Numbered from the stretch's first letter, positions 1 through 9,546 are shown. The stretch: 58,001 bases of DNA from an uncultured Acidimicrobiaceae bacterium (GCA_964609665.1 CAZSTV010000003.1:26219-84219), one strand, 5' to 3'. Translations and numbers: made by a program. The notes: generated from the sequence alone by a model not told the origin.

Positions 1-1
1 G

Positions 2-1408
2 TCTGCCGCATCCACCAACCCGCCGACCACCACCCAGGCCGGCACCGAGCAGCCAACGTCCGCACAACCCGCCGTCACCGCGCCCCCGGCCCCGCCGCCG
101 CAGAACATCGGCGACCTGGCACAACGGTTGTACCCCGGCTGGTGTCGCTCAGGGCCGCTCGCAGCCCCCGGCGTTAGCGGTGGTGTCACCACGGTGGCTC
201 CGGGCCAGTCCATTCAGGCCGCCATCGACGCAACATCGAGTGGTGTGGTCGAGTTGCAGGCCGGGGTTCACACCATCTCTCGTCCGGTGGAGTTGAAATC
301 CAGAGTGGTGCTGCGCGGCGCAAGCCGACAGGCAGTCATCCGGACCTCATCCGCCATGGAACACATGGTGGAGATCGGTGGAGGGTTCACCGGTGCAAAG
401 GCGGGCAACCTCACCGACGCAAAGGCCTACTCTCGGTCCATCACCATCGGTAGCGGCACCCTCAGCCCCGGACTGTGGCTGATCGGTAGCCCCCAGGGTG
501 GGCAGATGGTCCGCATCCTGTCGGTCAACGGCAACACGGCCAACCTCGAACTGCCACTCACCAGAGACTTCTCCGGTTCCTCCATCGCACAACAGAAAGA
601 TCCCATCAGTCGGGCCGGGCTCGAGCGGGTCACGCTGCAGCCCCGCCACACCGTGCGGGACGTGGTGGTCGTTCGCTCGGCGCTGGACGTGTGGGTCGAC
701 GACATTGAGACCGACGGGTCCGGCGGCCAGGTCCGCTCCGCTGTCTATCTGCGTCAGGCCTATCGGGTTGGGGTGTACGACAGCCGCTTTGTGACCGCCC
801 GGGAGCTCGGCGACGGCGGCCAGGGTTACGGCATCAATATTGCCAACAACTCCTCCAACTCGCTGATTCGCGGCAACCGCCTGGAGCGGCTCCGTCACGC
901 CATCCTCCTCCACGCCGGTGCCGCCGGGAACGTGGTGCGAGACAACGTCAACGAAAACCCCCGACACCCCAACTTCGTCGAGGGTGGCCCCGCTGACATC
1001 TCCTTCCACGGGTACGCCTCGGGCAACCTTGTCATGGGCAACAGCATCGAACGGATCCAGATCAACGATGCAGGAACCCCCGGGCCGAACAACGCCATCG
1101 TCGGCAACACCCTCCGGGTTGGGCCGCTCACGTTGGACAACAACGTGGACAACCTGACCCTGCTTGGCAATGACATGCAGGGGTCGGTCGAGGCGCTGCG
1201 GTCCAAGACCATGCCCCCGGTTGATGCCGTCTCCACCGCGGGTAACCGCTCCCCGGAACGGCAGTACTGGACCTACGGCTACGACCCGTTCGGACGCTCT
1301 GGCGATACCGCGTTCAACCGCTTCGGTGATGGCATCCTCGACTGGGGCTCTGGCGACGACGTCTACGTTGACCCCGACATTCGTGCCATCGACGTCTGCA
1401 ACCTGTAG
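2..1408 (+). CDS. Secreted right-handed parallel beta-helix protein (pectate-lyase fold; putative glycan depolymerase/modifying enzyme), 5'-truncated by window edge
   Basis: The frame is open from base 2 with no stop before the TTG at 128. It encodes a Pro/Thr linker (STNPPTTTQ...APPAPPPQN), so the gene starts upstream of the window. Beta-helix-type repeats are present (GQGYGINIANNSSNSLIRGNRLERLRHAILLHAGAAGNVVRDN; ADISFHGYASGNLVMGN). Clear paralog of 18639..20318. Confidence 0.6.
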   Translation, partial: SAASTNPPTTTQAGTEQPTSAQPAVTAPPAPPPQNIGDLAQRLYPGWCRSGPLAAPGVSGGVTTVAPGQSIQAAIDATSSGVVELQAGVHTISRPVELKSRVVLRGASRQAVIRTSSAMEHMVEIGGGFTGAKAGNLTDAKAYSRSITIGSGTLSPGLWLIGSPQGGQMVRILSVNGNTANLELPLTRDFSGSSIAQQKDPISRAGLERVTLQPRHTVRDVVVVRSALDVWVDDIETDGSGGQVRSAVYLRQAYRVGVYDSRFVTARELGDGGQGYGINIANNSSNSLIRGNRLERLRHAILLHAGAAGNVVRDNVNENPRHPNFVEGGPADISFHGYASGNLVMGNSIERIQINDAGTPGPNNAIVGNTLRVGPLTLDNNVDNLTLLGNDMQGSVEALRSKTMPPVDAVSTAGNRSPERQYWTYGYDPFGRSGDTAFNRFGDGILDWGSGDDVYVDPDIRAIDVCNL

Positions 1409-1432
1409 CGAGAACGCACCGACAGCCTCGCC

Positions 1433-1828
1433 TTAAAACGGCACGCCGCTCGTCAGCAGCACGTTGGCGTACGGGGTGGTCTCCCCCGTCCGGATCACCA
1501 CCCGTGCGTCGTTGGTCTCACGCTTGAACTGCTCGTGCGAGACCGACCTTGTGTCGACATCGGGGAACGCCGCACCAAGGGCGGCGATGATCTCGGGGCA
1601 GTGCTCGGCCGCCTCGTCAGCGACGGTCATCTCCTCGACAACCAGCTCAGCGGCCAACGCGTTCAAAACGTCGATGAACGTGGGAGACCCAAGCCGGTAG
1701 GCCAGGTCAATGCGCTCAACCCCGGGCGGGATGGGCAGACCAGCATCGGCAATGCAGACCTGGTGGCCGTGACCAAGTTCGGCCAGCGCCCGGCTCAGGT
1801 CCGGGTGGATGATCCCGCTCTTCTTCAC
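1433..1828 (-). CDS. rbsD: D-ribose pyranase / RbsD-FucU family sugar mutarotase
   Basis: 131 aa with end-to-end resemblance to RbsD as I remember it (HPDLSRALAELGHGHQVCIADAGLPIP...RID; C-terminus TGETTPYANVLLTSGVPF versus E. coli SGECSPYANIILCAGVTF). Confidence 0.85.
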   Translation of the reverse strand: MKKSGIIHPDLSRALAELGHGHQVCIADAGLPIPPGVERIDLAYRLGSPTFIDVLNALAAELVVEEMTVADEAAEHCPEIIAALGAAFPDVDTRSVSHEQFKRETNDARVVIRTGETTPYANVLLTSGVPF

Positions 1829-1978
1829 GTCGTCTCCTCCATCGCTGCTGCCACCAACCTAGGACAGTTCGGCCGTGCAGGAAGATAGAGCAGGACTAGA
1901 TGCGAGGGAGAGATGGAGCGAGGGCGGCGGCCCGGGTCCGAGCGAGGGACGGACCCGGGCCACCGTTCTTTGGCGTCG

Positions 1979-2656
1979 TCAGCTTGTCGCTGGCGCCATG
2001 TTCTCAAAGACGAAACTCTGTCGACCTAGCCGCCACCGCTCGGTCCGTCGCTGGAAGAGTGCAAACCCTGCCGCCTCGCAGCCGACGCGGGCCCCGCGGT
2101 TGCCCGCATCGACGTAGGTCGTGGCGTATCGCACCTGCTCGGAGTTGGCCTCCTTGGCGGCCATCGATGTCAGGTACATACCCTGGGCCATCAGGCCGCG
2201 GCCCCGAAACTCCGGCGGCACCCAGGCTCCTTCGACCAGGAGCGTGTCCGGGCCGTAGTCGGGAAACAGCCCGCCCCAGTAACTGCGAACCATGTCGAGT
2301 TGCCCAAACGGGATGTAGAACTGCAGGTACGCGGGACGTCCGTCCGGGTCCACCGCCACATAGCCACCGGAGAAGCCCTGGCTCCAGATCGCCTTGCGCC
2401 GTTCCAGGTACAGCTGATCCTGACCATCGAGGGTCGGCTCGTCGAAGAGCTTCCTGGCCAACGTTTTGTCGAGGGGCGCGATCCGCAGGTTGGGCACGGA
2501 CTCTTCCGGCGGCGCATGAGGCACCGCGTAGTCGCGACGAAACCCAAAGGACTCTGCATCGGAAGAGATCCAACGTCGCACATCATCTTGTACTTTCGCC
2601 CGGTCACCGCGAACGGCGTGGCGCGCCACCTGACGTACTCGACGAACTGCTGGCAT
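1979..2656 (-). CDS. GNAT-family N-acetyltransferase
   Basis: 225 aa with an acetyl-CoA-pocket-type motif (VPPEFRGRGLMAQGM). The ATG lies 13 bp downstream of the stop of the preceding operon gene. Confidence 0.6.
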   Translation of the reverse strand: MPAVRRVRQVARHAVRGDRAKVQDDVRRWISSDAESFGFRRDYAVPHAPPEESVPNLRIAPLDKTLARKLFDEPTLDGQDQLYLERRKAIWSQGFSGGYVAVDPDGRPAYLQFYIPFGQLDMVRSYWGGLFPDYGPDTLLVEGAWVPPEFRGRGLMAQGMYLTSMAAKEANSEQVRYATTYVDAGNRGARVGCEAAGFALFQRRTERWRLGRQSFVFENMAPATS

Positions 2657-2669
2657 CAGCGCACATCCC

Positions 2670-3704
2670 TCATGCGAAGAACCGATACATCAGATCGCCG
2701 GCCTGCTCGGTAATGTCATCCGGCACCTCGGGGTTGGTGAACAGCCTGCTGAGACCGTCAATGATCTCGGCGGATGCAACATCAGGTGCGTTGTAGAGAT
2801 CCGGCTTCCAGCTGTAGCGAGACAGCGGGCTGGCGGTGGCGCCAAAGCGACGCTTGAAGTCGATCAGGCCCTGCTGAGCGAGATCGCTGCGGCCGAGGTC
2901 AAGGGTGTTGTGGCCAAGTTCCAGTCCGAGGGACATGGCCGCAGCAACGGCGCCGTGGCTCGCTCCCTTTGACCGGTAGTCGGGATGGGACGCCGCGTAC
3001 TTGTAATAGAAGGTCTCCCCGACCGACAGCAACAGGCATCCGCTGGCCACGGTCTCGCCATCGAAGCCGAGCAAAAGCGTGCCATCGCCGGGTTCAATGA
3101 AACGGTCCCAAATGGCGGAGAACAGATCGAACGGCTGACACAGCAGCCCGTGGCGGTACTTTCGGACACCGCGATGGAGCTCGTAGAACGCCCGCAGCTC
3201 CTCCCGGTTCTCCGCAGGTCGGAACTTGATCCCGGCCCGCTCGGCCTTACGCACGTGACGTAGCGGCTGCGTGGAGAGCCGATCGAACAGCTTTTCCGGA
3301 TCAGGATCCAGATAGACCTGTTGCCGCACGGCGGAGGTTTCCGCTTTGAACCGATCGTCGGTCAGCACTACCGAATCCGACGGGGCACCGACCCCGATGG
3401 GGACCTCAAACTCCATGAGGCGATCTGCCAACGATGCCCACTGGGCCGAGTCCCGCACCGGCAACGGTGAGAAGTCGCTGAACGGCAGCACGACAACTCG
3501 TTCACCTCGCACGTCCTCGATGTGGGCAAACGGTATGCCACCGGAGATGCCGTTGGCGTCGCGCTCGACGACCGCTTCGAACCGAAGATCGAAGGCATCG
3601 CGAAGACAACTCATCCACCGTCTGGTGCCAAACACCTCACCGTTGGAACCGGCGATCAGGTCGTCCCACTCCGGTGTCTCCATCACATCAATGATTTCCG
3701 ACAT
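2670..3704 (-). CDS. FemAB/CelD-like GNAT acyltransferase (Acetyltransf_6-type), common in exopolysaccharide loci
   Basis: 344 aa. The pattern HVRKAERAGIKFRPAENREELRAFYELHRGVRKYRHGLLCQPFDLF...GETVASGCLLLSVGETFYYKYAASHPDYR matches the FemAB-like GNAT layout as remembered. It starts 9 bp after the upstream gene stop. Confidence 0.6.
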   Translation of the reverse strand: MSEIIDVMETPEWDDLIAGSNGEVFGTRRWMSCLRDAFDLRFEAVVERDANGISGGIPFAHIEDVRGERVVVLPFSDFSPLPVRDSAQWASLADRLMEFEVPIGVGAPSDSVVLTDDRFKAETSAVRQQVYLDPDPEKLFDRLSTQPLRHVRKAERAGIKFRPAENREELRAFYELHRGVRKYRHGLLCQPFDLFSAIWDRFIEPGDGTLLLGFDGETVASGCLLLSVGETFYYKYAASHPDYRSKGASHGAVAAAMSLGLELGHNTLDLGRSDLAQQGLIDFKRRFGATASPLSRYSWKPDLYNAPDVASAEIIDGLSRLFTNPEVPDDITEQAGDLMYRFFA

Positions 3705-3713
3705 CAGGGCCTA

Positions 3714-4637
3714 TCAGATTCGATCAACGGTGACGACTTCCGGCACCGCTAGAAGGTCGAGTGTTGTGGTCGCCTCAAGGGCGGGACGGCTCGGCGGTGT
3801 CCGCAGACCCATCTGCGCTGCGAAACGGACCAGGTTGACCGACCGGGCGAACCCGGAACGATTCGTCGCCACGATGGTTTGGCGGTTGACGCTGTGCACG
3901 TCGTACAGCTGACGGATGACCAGCTCAAGCGGGATTCCGTCGTGGGGTACACGGACCCGGGCCCGGCGAAGATCGTTTGTTACGTCTTCGAGGCCGAGCT
4001 CGCTCTGGAACAGCACTTCCGCCTGGCTATCGGTCTGCTCGCAGTACTCGTCCAGGGCGTCGATGAGCAGCAAACGGCTCTCGGCCATTTTGAGGTCCGG
4101 CCAGATCAGAATCGCGAGCGCATCACCTTCGATGATGTACGCGCCATCAGACCGGATCGCATTTTCATCGACCGGCAGTCCGGTGGTCGACCGTGCCCGT
4201 TCGGTCGAGAGCTCGATCCGGAGTGTTTCGATCTCACCTCTCGCCGCCGCCAACTCCTGACTGAACGCTTCGATCTCGCGCTGGTGGCCTTGGGCCAGCC
4301 TGCGGTAGCGCGCCGACCACTCCTCTCCCACGTCGTCCTGCCGGGCCCGAAGCTCGCCAATCTCCAAGTCGCGCTCGGCCAGGGCCTGCTCGTAGTGATG
4401 CTCGATCTCCAACGCTGCCGTGGTCAGCCGCTCAATTTTTGCGGCGTCCCTGGCCATCTGCTGCTTGACTTGCGACCGCTCCTCGGTCAGATGATCCAGC
4501 CGCTCTCGAAGCTGGGCCGACGCCGCCTGTTCGGCAAGCAACGCCTGTCCGAGAGTGGCTCTGTCCTTGCGGACTCGGGTAATAACTTCATCGAGCTCAT
4601 CAGACCACGCCCCTGACGACTCTGCTTCCTCACTCAT
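3714..4637 (-). CDS. Coiled-coil protein with C-terminal degenerate YacP/NYN-like domain (function unknown)
   Basis: 307 aa. The N-terminal ~165 aa is Glu/Arg/Leu/Ala-rich and looks like heptad coiled coil. The C-terminal ~130 aa aligns by eye to B. subtilis YacP/Rae1 (YIIEGDALAILIWPDLK / LIDALDEYCEQTDSQAEVLFQS / VRVRVPHDGIPLELVIRQL / TIVATNRS), but the acidic catalytic positions are replaced. The start overlaps the Wzy-like stop by 8 bp. Confidence 0.6.
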   Translation of the reverse strand: MSEEAESSGAWSDELDEVITRVRKDRATLGQALLAEQAASAQLRERLDHLTEERSQVKQQMARDAAKIERLTTAALEIEHHYEQALAERDLEIGELRARQDDVGEEWSARYRRLAQGHQREIEAFSQELAAARGEIETLRIELSTERARSTTGLPVDENAIRSDGAYIIEGDALAILIWPDLKMAESRLLLIDALDEYCEQTDSQAEVLFQSELGLEDVTNDLRRARVRVPHDGIPLELVIRQLYDVHSVNRQTIVATNRSGFARSVNLVRFAAQMGLRTPPSRPALEATTTLDLLAVPEVVTVDRI

Positions 4638-6294
4638 AGGTTCCTCTCACTGGCCGGTGTCCACCGGCCGCCTCGCATCGCTTTTCTTCGACCAACCGCT
4701 TTCCCTCAACCGACCGCGCTGGCTCAACTCGCCTTGCTGCTTCAACCGACTCTGTCGGTGTCCACCGGTCAACCGATCGCTCAAATCTCTGGCCTCGCAC
4801 GCCCTCGCCGCACACCGCGAGCGCGGCGAGCGGGTACAAAATGTCTGACGTGCCCCGCAGTGTCAGGTGCGGGTCAAACGTCTGGGCCACAAACAACATC
4901 GTCAGCGCGGCGAACAACGCTGCGCCGGCAATCCCCACTGGACCCGGCGTCCGTCTCGTCGCGCGGAACCCCACGTACATGCCAACGCCAATGAAGGCGA
5001 AGAACGCAAAGAACAGTGGAAGTCCGCCGCTCCAGATCAGCCACAGATGACCTGACTCAATCCAGATGAAGTCCTCGCCCTCGTTCGGCGATGGGACTCT
5101 GGCCTGTGGGGTCACGCCGAAGTAGACGTTGGCAGGCTCGCTGAAGCGTGGGATGAAGAACGTTTCCAGGTTGTAGAGCCGGACGTCCCAACTCGACCCG
5201 GGGTTTGCGGCAAACAACGCTCGGGATTCTTCCTGGCCGCCGGTGTCGGCAATGGCTTGGCGGTTGGCGCTGGTCACTTCAAAGCCGCCGAACCCGTTGA
5301 CCCGCTCAATTGCCAGCGGGGTGATGACGATTGACGCAACCAGCACCATCGGCACCGACCACCGCAGCAACTGGGTGACCGAGCGGGTCATGACGGCGAG
5401 GGCGACAAGGCCGACGGCGAATGAGATTGACGGTCCGATTTGTCCGCTACCGAAGACGCCGATGGTGCAACAGATCGCCGCTATCGCCAGTACCGGCCGG
5501 GGTCGTTCTCCTCCGAGCAACATGGCGAGGGCGAGGCAGGCGTTGATACCGACGTAGACGCCAAAGCCGATCGGGTTTCCAATCGACGCCGCGCCTCGGC
5601 CATCATCGGCGATCGGCCCGGCGTTCGGGAAGTACGGGTTGAGCCGCTCGGCGGTGTTCAAGATGTTGAGCGAATCGGCAAGCCCGACGATGCCGAGAAT
5701 CGACGCGACCGCCAGCGAGAATCCGATGGCGGCCCGGACCTGGCCGCGGGTACGGATGGTGTAGCGGACTAGCCCGTACAGCAGGCCGAGACGGACGAAC
5801 ACGAGCGCGTAGAGAATGTCGTCAGGAGAGACCGGGCGGAGCCGGGCGAACTGCGTCAGCAGTGGCAGAGCGAATCCCGCCAGCACCAGCGCAATCATGG
5901 CGAAGTCCATCCGGTGCAGCCGGATTTCCACCTTCCGCGAATAGACCATCCATCGGATGGTGAGCACGGCGATCAGCACGAACAGCAGCGCCTCGTTCGG
6001 CCGGAGCACCGGTATGACCTGGTACCGCTCAAGTCCGACGATGGCGGGCGCCGCGGACACCATTGCGTAACCGGCAAGCGGCGGATGGAGCCACGTCATC
6101 ACGATGATGACGAGCAGCGCTATTGCGGCCACGCCCATCTTGAGGTCGACCACCGACACCATGGCGCCCGCGACGAACGCGCCGATCGGACCGAACACCA
6201 GGATGGCCCGCGCCCTGGCCGACGATGTGAAGTAGCCCGTCAGGTAGTTGACGAACTCCATTGCGGTTGACGGCTCAAATCGTGTTGCACTCAT
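4630..6294 (-). CDS. Wzy / O-antigen-ligase-like polysaccharide polymerase (polytopic membrane protein)
   Basis: Track ORF 4630..6522 was trimmed to the ATG at 6294 (MSATRFEP...). That ATG forms an ATGA overlap with the MurJ-like stop (6291-6294), and the 76 upstream codons lie inside the MurJ-like CDS. There are about 10 or more hydrophobic helices with one large loop. The call rests on topology and locus context only. Confidence 0.55.
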   Translation of the reverse strand: MSATRFEPSTAMEFVNYLTGYFTSSARARAILVFGPIGAFVAGAMVSVVDLKMGVAAIALLVIIVMTWLHPPLAGYAMVSAAPAIVGLERYQVIPVLRPNEALLFVLIAVLTIRWMVYSRKVEIRLHRMDFAMIALVLAGFALPLLTQFARLRPVSPDDILYALVFVRLGLLYGLVRYTIRTRGQVRAAIGFSLAVASILGIVGLADSLNILNTAERLNPYFPNAGPIADDGRGAASIGNPIGFGVYVGINACLALAMLLGGERPRPVLAIAAICCTIGVFGSGQIGPSISFAVGLVALAVMTRSVTQLLRWSVPMVLVASIVITPLAIERVNGFGGFEVTSANRQAIADTGGQEESRALFAANPGSSWDVRLYNLETFFIPRFSEPANVYFGVTPQARVPSPNEGEDFIWIESGHLWLIWSGGLPLFFAFFAFIGVGMYVGFRATRRTPGPVGIAGAALFAALTMLFVAQTFDPHLTLRGTSDILYPLAALAVCGEGVRGQRFERSVDRWTPTESVEAARRVEPARSVEGKRLVEEKRCEAAGGHRPVRGTYE

Positions 6295-8000
6295 GGCGCC
6301 ACCTGTCTGTCGGTGCGCTCCGGGGTGATTGAGACGTCTCCTGCCGGGGCAGCGACCGCCGGGACAGCGACCGCCGGCCCGTGGCGGTACTCGGTCACGA
6401 TCAGACCGATCTGCTCGTCGAAACGCCAGACGAGAAGCCCGAAGAGTCCAAGCGCCGCGCTTGCGGCAATCGTGGTGGTGCCAAGCGTGGTCGCCACCCG
6501 CTCGGGGGCGTAGCCAGACCATTCGACAGCGGCAATAACGAGGCCGACCGGCACGAACACCGCCAGCATGCTGAGCGTCACCACCCGCAGCCGGGCCAGC
6601 GACGATACCGCGACCTGAAGGAGCCTGCCGATACGTCGATTGAGTACGACGGCGCCGACGAGATCGGCGACGCTCATCGATAGTGCGAAGGTGAGCAACA
6701 GGATCGGTCCGTCAAAGATCTGGAAGCCGATGCCCAGCCCGAGAACGGTGAGGCCAAGACGAATCACAAGTGCCCGGAACGGTCCAACCGGGTCGTCCAT
6801 GGCGTAGGCGCCGGAGGTGGCGACCTGGAACAGACCCTCGCCGATGACCGAGCCCCCGATGCCGATGAGGCAGAGCCCAACCATGCGCTGGCCTTCCGGC
6901 GTCGCCATTTGGCCGATGGCCAGGACACGACCCGCCGACCATCCAAAGGCGATCGCCGCAGCGCCAGCGGGAAGCAAAATGGCCGCGGCCAGGGTGACGC
7001 CCTGGCGGTAGGCGCCGATGAACGATGCCCGATCCTTGCCTTGGTGGGCGAGCGAAAGCCGTGGCAGCGACGCGTACGCAACCGGCTTCGCGCCGAGCGC
7101 AACCGGAAGGTTGAGGACGTTCAGCGCCAGCTGGAAAGCGACAACGCCACCGGGAACGACGTTCGCCGCGACCAGTAGGAGCAGCAACCGGATGCTGTTG
7201 AGCACCGCCGTGCCTGAAGACGGCACGGCCTTTTTGAGAATGGCGGTGATGTCCGGATCGGTCCAGCCGGCCCGAGGTCGAAGACTGACCCCGAGCCGCC
7301 GGACACCCCACAGCTGGACAGCGGCGTGAACGAACACGCCGAGGGTTGCGCTGCCGCCGAGGAGGATCAGATGCTCGGTGCCGACGTCGGCCAGAGCCAG
7401 GCCGGTCCCGTACTGCAGGGCAAAGACGGCGAGTCCGCCGATCACGATCAGATTCTCGGCAATCCCGGCGGCCGCAGGCAGGGCGAACCGCCCCATCGCC
7501 TGCTGTACCGCCTGACCGGTCATCGCAATCCCGTAGCCCACGAGTTGCGGTCCGGTGAGGACAACCAGGGGAATCGCCGCCCGTACGAAGTCATCTCTGA
7601 CGGCCGGATCGGTCACCGGCAGGGCGAACAGCTCGGCGATGAGCACCGATGCTGCCATCACCACCACCGTCAGCGCAGTGAAACCGGCGATGACCAGACC
7701 GAGGAATCCCCCGGCGATCCGTTCGGTCTCTGCTCGGTCACCGCTGGCAACCGAGCTGACCAGAGCCGGTACCAACAGGGCGTAGAGCAATGAACCGACG
7801 GCCAGTTCAAAGACAATCCACGGCAGCTGGTTTGCCAGTTGGAAGAGGTTGCCGAAATAGGTCGGGCCCAGGACCGCGCCAATGAGAATCACCCGGCCAA
7901 ATCCGGTGGCTCTGGACACGAGGGTCCAGGCCGCGGACGCGGCGGAGTCTCCGACCAGGCTTGATCGGGACGTCTCGTCGGATGGTCGGGCGGTGGTCAT
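6291..8000 (-). CDS. MurJ/MviN-family (MOP superfamily) lipid-linked glycan flippase
   Basis: 569 aa and polytopic. The N-terminus (SRATGFGRVILIGAVLGPTYFGNLFQLANQLPWIVFELAVGSLLYALLVPAL) has the characteristic MurJ N-terminal pattern. ATGA overlaps occur at both ends (7997-8000 and 6291-6294). Confidence 0.75.
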   Translation of the reverse strand: MTTARPSDETSRSSLVGDSAASAAWTLVSRATGFGRVILIGAVLGPTYFGNLFQLANQLPWIVFELAVGSLLYALLVPALVSSVASGDRAETERIAGGFLGLVIAGFTALTVVVMAASVLIAELFALPVTDPAVRDDFVRAAIPLVVLTGPQLVGYGIAMTGQAVQQAMGRFALPAAAGIAENLIVIGGLAVFALQYGTGLALADVGTEHLILLGGSATLGVFVHAAVQLWGVRRLGVSLRPRAGWTDPDITAILKKAVPSSGTAVLNSIRLLLLLVAANVVPGGVVAFQLALNVLNLPVALGAKPVAYASLPRLSLAHQGKDRASFIGAYRQGVTLAAAILLPAGAAAIAFGWSAGRVLAIGQMATPEGQRMVGLCLIGIGGSVIGEGLFQVATSGAYAMDDPVGPFRALVIRLGLTVLGLGIGFQIFDGPILLLTFALSMSVADLVGAVVLNRRIGRLLQVAVSSLARLRVVTLSMLAVFVPVGLVIAAVEWSGYAPERVATTLGTTTIAASAALGLFGLLVWRFDEQIGLIVTEYRHGPAVAVPAVAAPAGDVSITPERTDRQVAP

Positions 8001-8896
8001 CGACGGTGGGTATGCCTGGATTGTCCGGTGACGGTCCGGCTTCTGGTTGCACGCCAGCTGTTGCGGTTCCAGGTGAGCGTCACGATGATCAGACCGAGCA
8101 ACAGCCCGGCCCCTGCGCCAACCGCGGTGAAGATCTTGGGCCGAGGGAAGACCCGCTCCTCAAAGACGAACGGCTCGGTCACCAGAACGGGTAGTCCGTT
8201 GGATTCCTCACCGATCAGAATGATCTCGTTCTCGAGCAACCTGGTCTCCAGGTCGTTCTTCCTGGCTCGCAGCGAATTGATCAACGCCTGGGTTGAGGCC
8301 TGCTCGACCTGCGCCACTTCGGTGTCACGCCCGGCCAGCACCACAAGGCGACGCTCGGCAACTTCCAGCTGCTCTTCAACGTCGACCAGCTCCTCGGCGA
8401 GGGTTGCACCGATGGTCTGGGGAGTGCGCTCCGATGCCTGTCCCAGGTAGCGGCCGGACACCTCCGACACCACCTCGAGCGCAAGATCCTCGTCCTCGCT
8501 CACGTAGTCGACCCGAATGATCTGCGTGCCGGGCACCAGACCGGCGCTGAGCCGCTCCTCGAACTGCTTGATCGGAATGCCAAGATCGCCCGCGACGGGG
8601 CCAACGAGCGAACGGCTTTGAATGGCGACGTCCTGCGTCTCGGTCCAGGCGGTGCCGCGGTACTGCACCTCGGCCCGAGCAAGCCAGCGATCCTCAAACA
8701 GCATCGAGCTGAAGAAACCGACCTGACCACCGACCAGCATCAACAAAACGGTGATGAGGGCGAACGCGGTCATATGCCGCTTGGTCGGCCGATAGACGGC
8801 GTCCCGCTCGGCGAGATGGGTAAAGCCGGTCTGTCTGGTCGGCCGCGGCGTTGCTCTGCCGGGCCGACGCTTCGGCTGGGTGGAAATTGTCCTCAT
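7997..8896 (-). CDS. Polysaccharide co-polymerase (Wzz/PCP-like chain-length determinant), no kinase domain
   Basis: 299 aa with a TM helix near the N-terminus (AFALITVLLMLVGGQVGFF) and another near the C-terminus (IFTAVGAGAGLLLGLIIVTL), flanking a helical/coiled extracytoplasmic segment. It is paralogous to the N-terminal half of 9543..11228 (GTQIIRVDYVSEDEDLA versus GTQIIQVTFIDPDPDRA). Confidence 0.6.
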   Translation of the reverse strand: MRTISTQPKRRPGRATPRPTRQTGFTHLAERDAVYRPTKRHMTAFALITVLLMLVGGQVGFFSSMLFEDRWLARAEVQYRGTAWTETQDVAIQSRSLVGPVAGDLGIPIKQFEERLSAGLVPGTQIIRVDYVSEDEDLALEVVSEVSGRYLGQASERTPQTIGATLAEELVDVEEQLEVAERRLVVLAGRDTEVAQVEQASTQALINSLRARKNDLETRLLENEIILIGEESNGLPVLVTEPFVFEERVFPRPKIFTAVGAGAGLLLGLIIVTLTWNRNSWRATRSRTVTGQSRHTHRR

Positions 8897-9546
8897 GTGC
8901 CGATTTCCTCGTCATGATGGGTTGATGGGTGTGCGACCGGGTCCGGTACTCGGCCGCTGATCGGGCGGAGTTCAGAGACCGCTTTGGTTACCGCTGCTGG
9001 TGATCCGTAGACGACCATTCCGGCCGGAACGTCACGGGTCACCACCGACCCGGCGCCGATCAGCGCACCGGCGCCAATCTCGACGTACGGCAACAGGGTG
9101 ACGCCCGCGCCGATCTGGGCGCCTTCGCGAATGATGGGGCCGCGCATTGCCGCCGCGGAGGCTTGATCGCCGGGGTACAGATCATTCGCGATCGACACGC
9201 CCGGTGCGATGAACACATCGTCTTCAATTTCGGTGAACTGCGCGATGTAGCAGTTGCTGTGGATTTTGACCCCCCGGCCGATCCGGCATCCGTAGTCGAC
9301 CACGGTGTTGCTCCAGATCGATACGTCTTCCCCGATCTCGCACTCCTCCCGGATCACCACGTGGTGACCAAGGTTGAGGCCGGCGCCGATGGTGCTGGCG
9401 CTGTAGATGATTGAACCGCTGCGGATGCGCGCCCCCGCTCCTAGCTGAAGGGGGCGAACGGCGCCGCGCTCGGCCGGGTGGCCAACGATTGCGCTCCTGT
9501 CAATCGTCGAATCGTCGGACTGAATTTGCTCTCGTTGATCGGTCAT
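8893..9546 (-). CDS. Left-handed beta-helix (hexapeptide-repeat) sugar N-/O-acetyltransferase (WbpD/PglD-like)
   Basis: Trimmed from 9813 to the ATG at 9546 (MTDQREQ...), which forms an ATGA overlap with the upstream stop (9543-9546). Hexapeptide repeats run throughout (IGAGLNLGHHVVIREECEIGEDVSIWSNTVVDYGCRIGRGVKIHSNCYI...IGAGVTLLPYVEIGAGALIGAGSVV). Confidence 0.8.
   Translation of the reverse strand: MTDQREQIQSDDSTIDRSAIVGHPAERGAVRPLQLGAGARIRSGSIIYSASTIGAGLNLGHHVVIREECEIGEDVSIWSNTVVDYGCRIGRGVKIHSNCYIAQFTEIEDDVFIAPGVSIANDLYPGDQASAAAMRGPIIREGAQIGAGVTLLPYVEIGAGALIGAGSVVTRDVPAGMVVYGSPAAVTKAVSELRPISGRVPDPVAHPSTHHDEEIGT

Noticed and set aside
1900-2796. 298-aa plus-strand ORF, and the 189-aa and 138-aa minus-strand ORFs in the same region
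   Set aside because: They overlap the GNAT gene in other frames or on the other strand and are Arg/Pro-rich with no motifs.
6295-6522. N-terminal 76 codons of track ORF 4630..6522
   Set aside because: They lie inside the MurJ-like CDS. An ATG at 6294 in an ATGA overlap gives a sensible Wzy-like start. For the same reason I trimmed 9547-9813, 11229-11444, 15806-16081, 47514-47912, 48056-48337, 49825-49968, 25463-25762, 28301-28462, 28303-28479, 38918-39112, 52970-53116 and 53608-53727.
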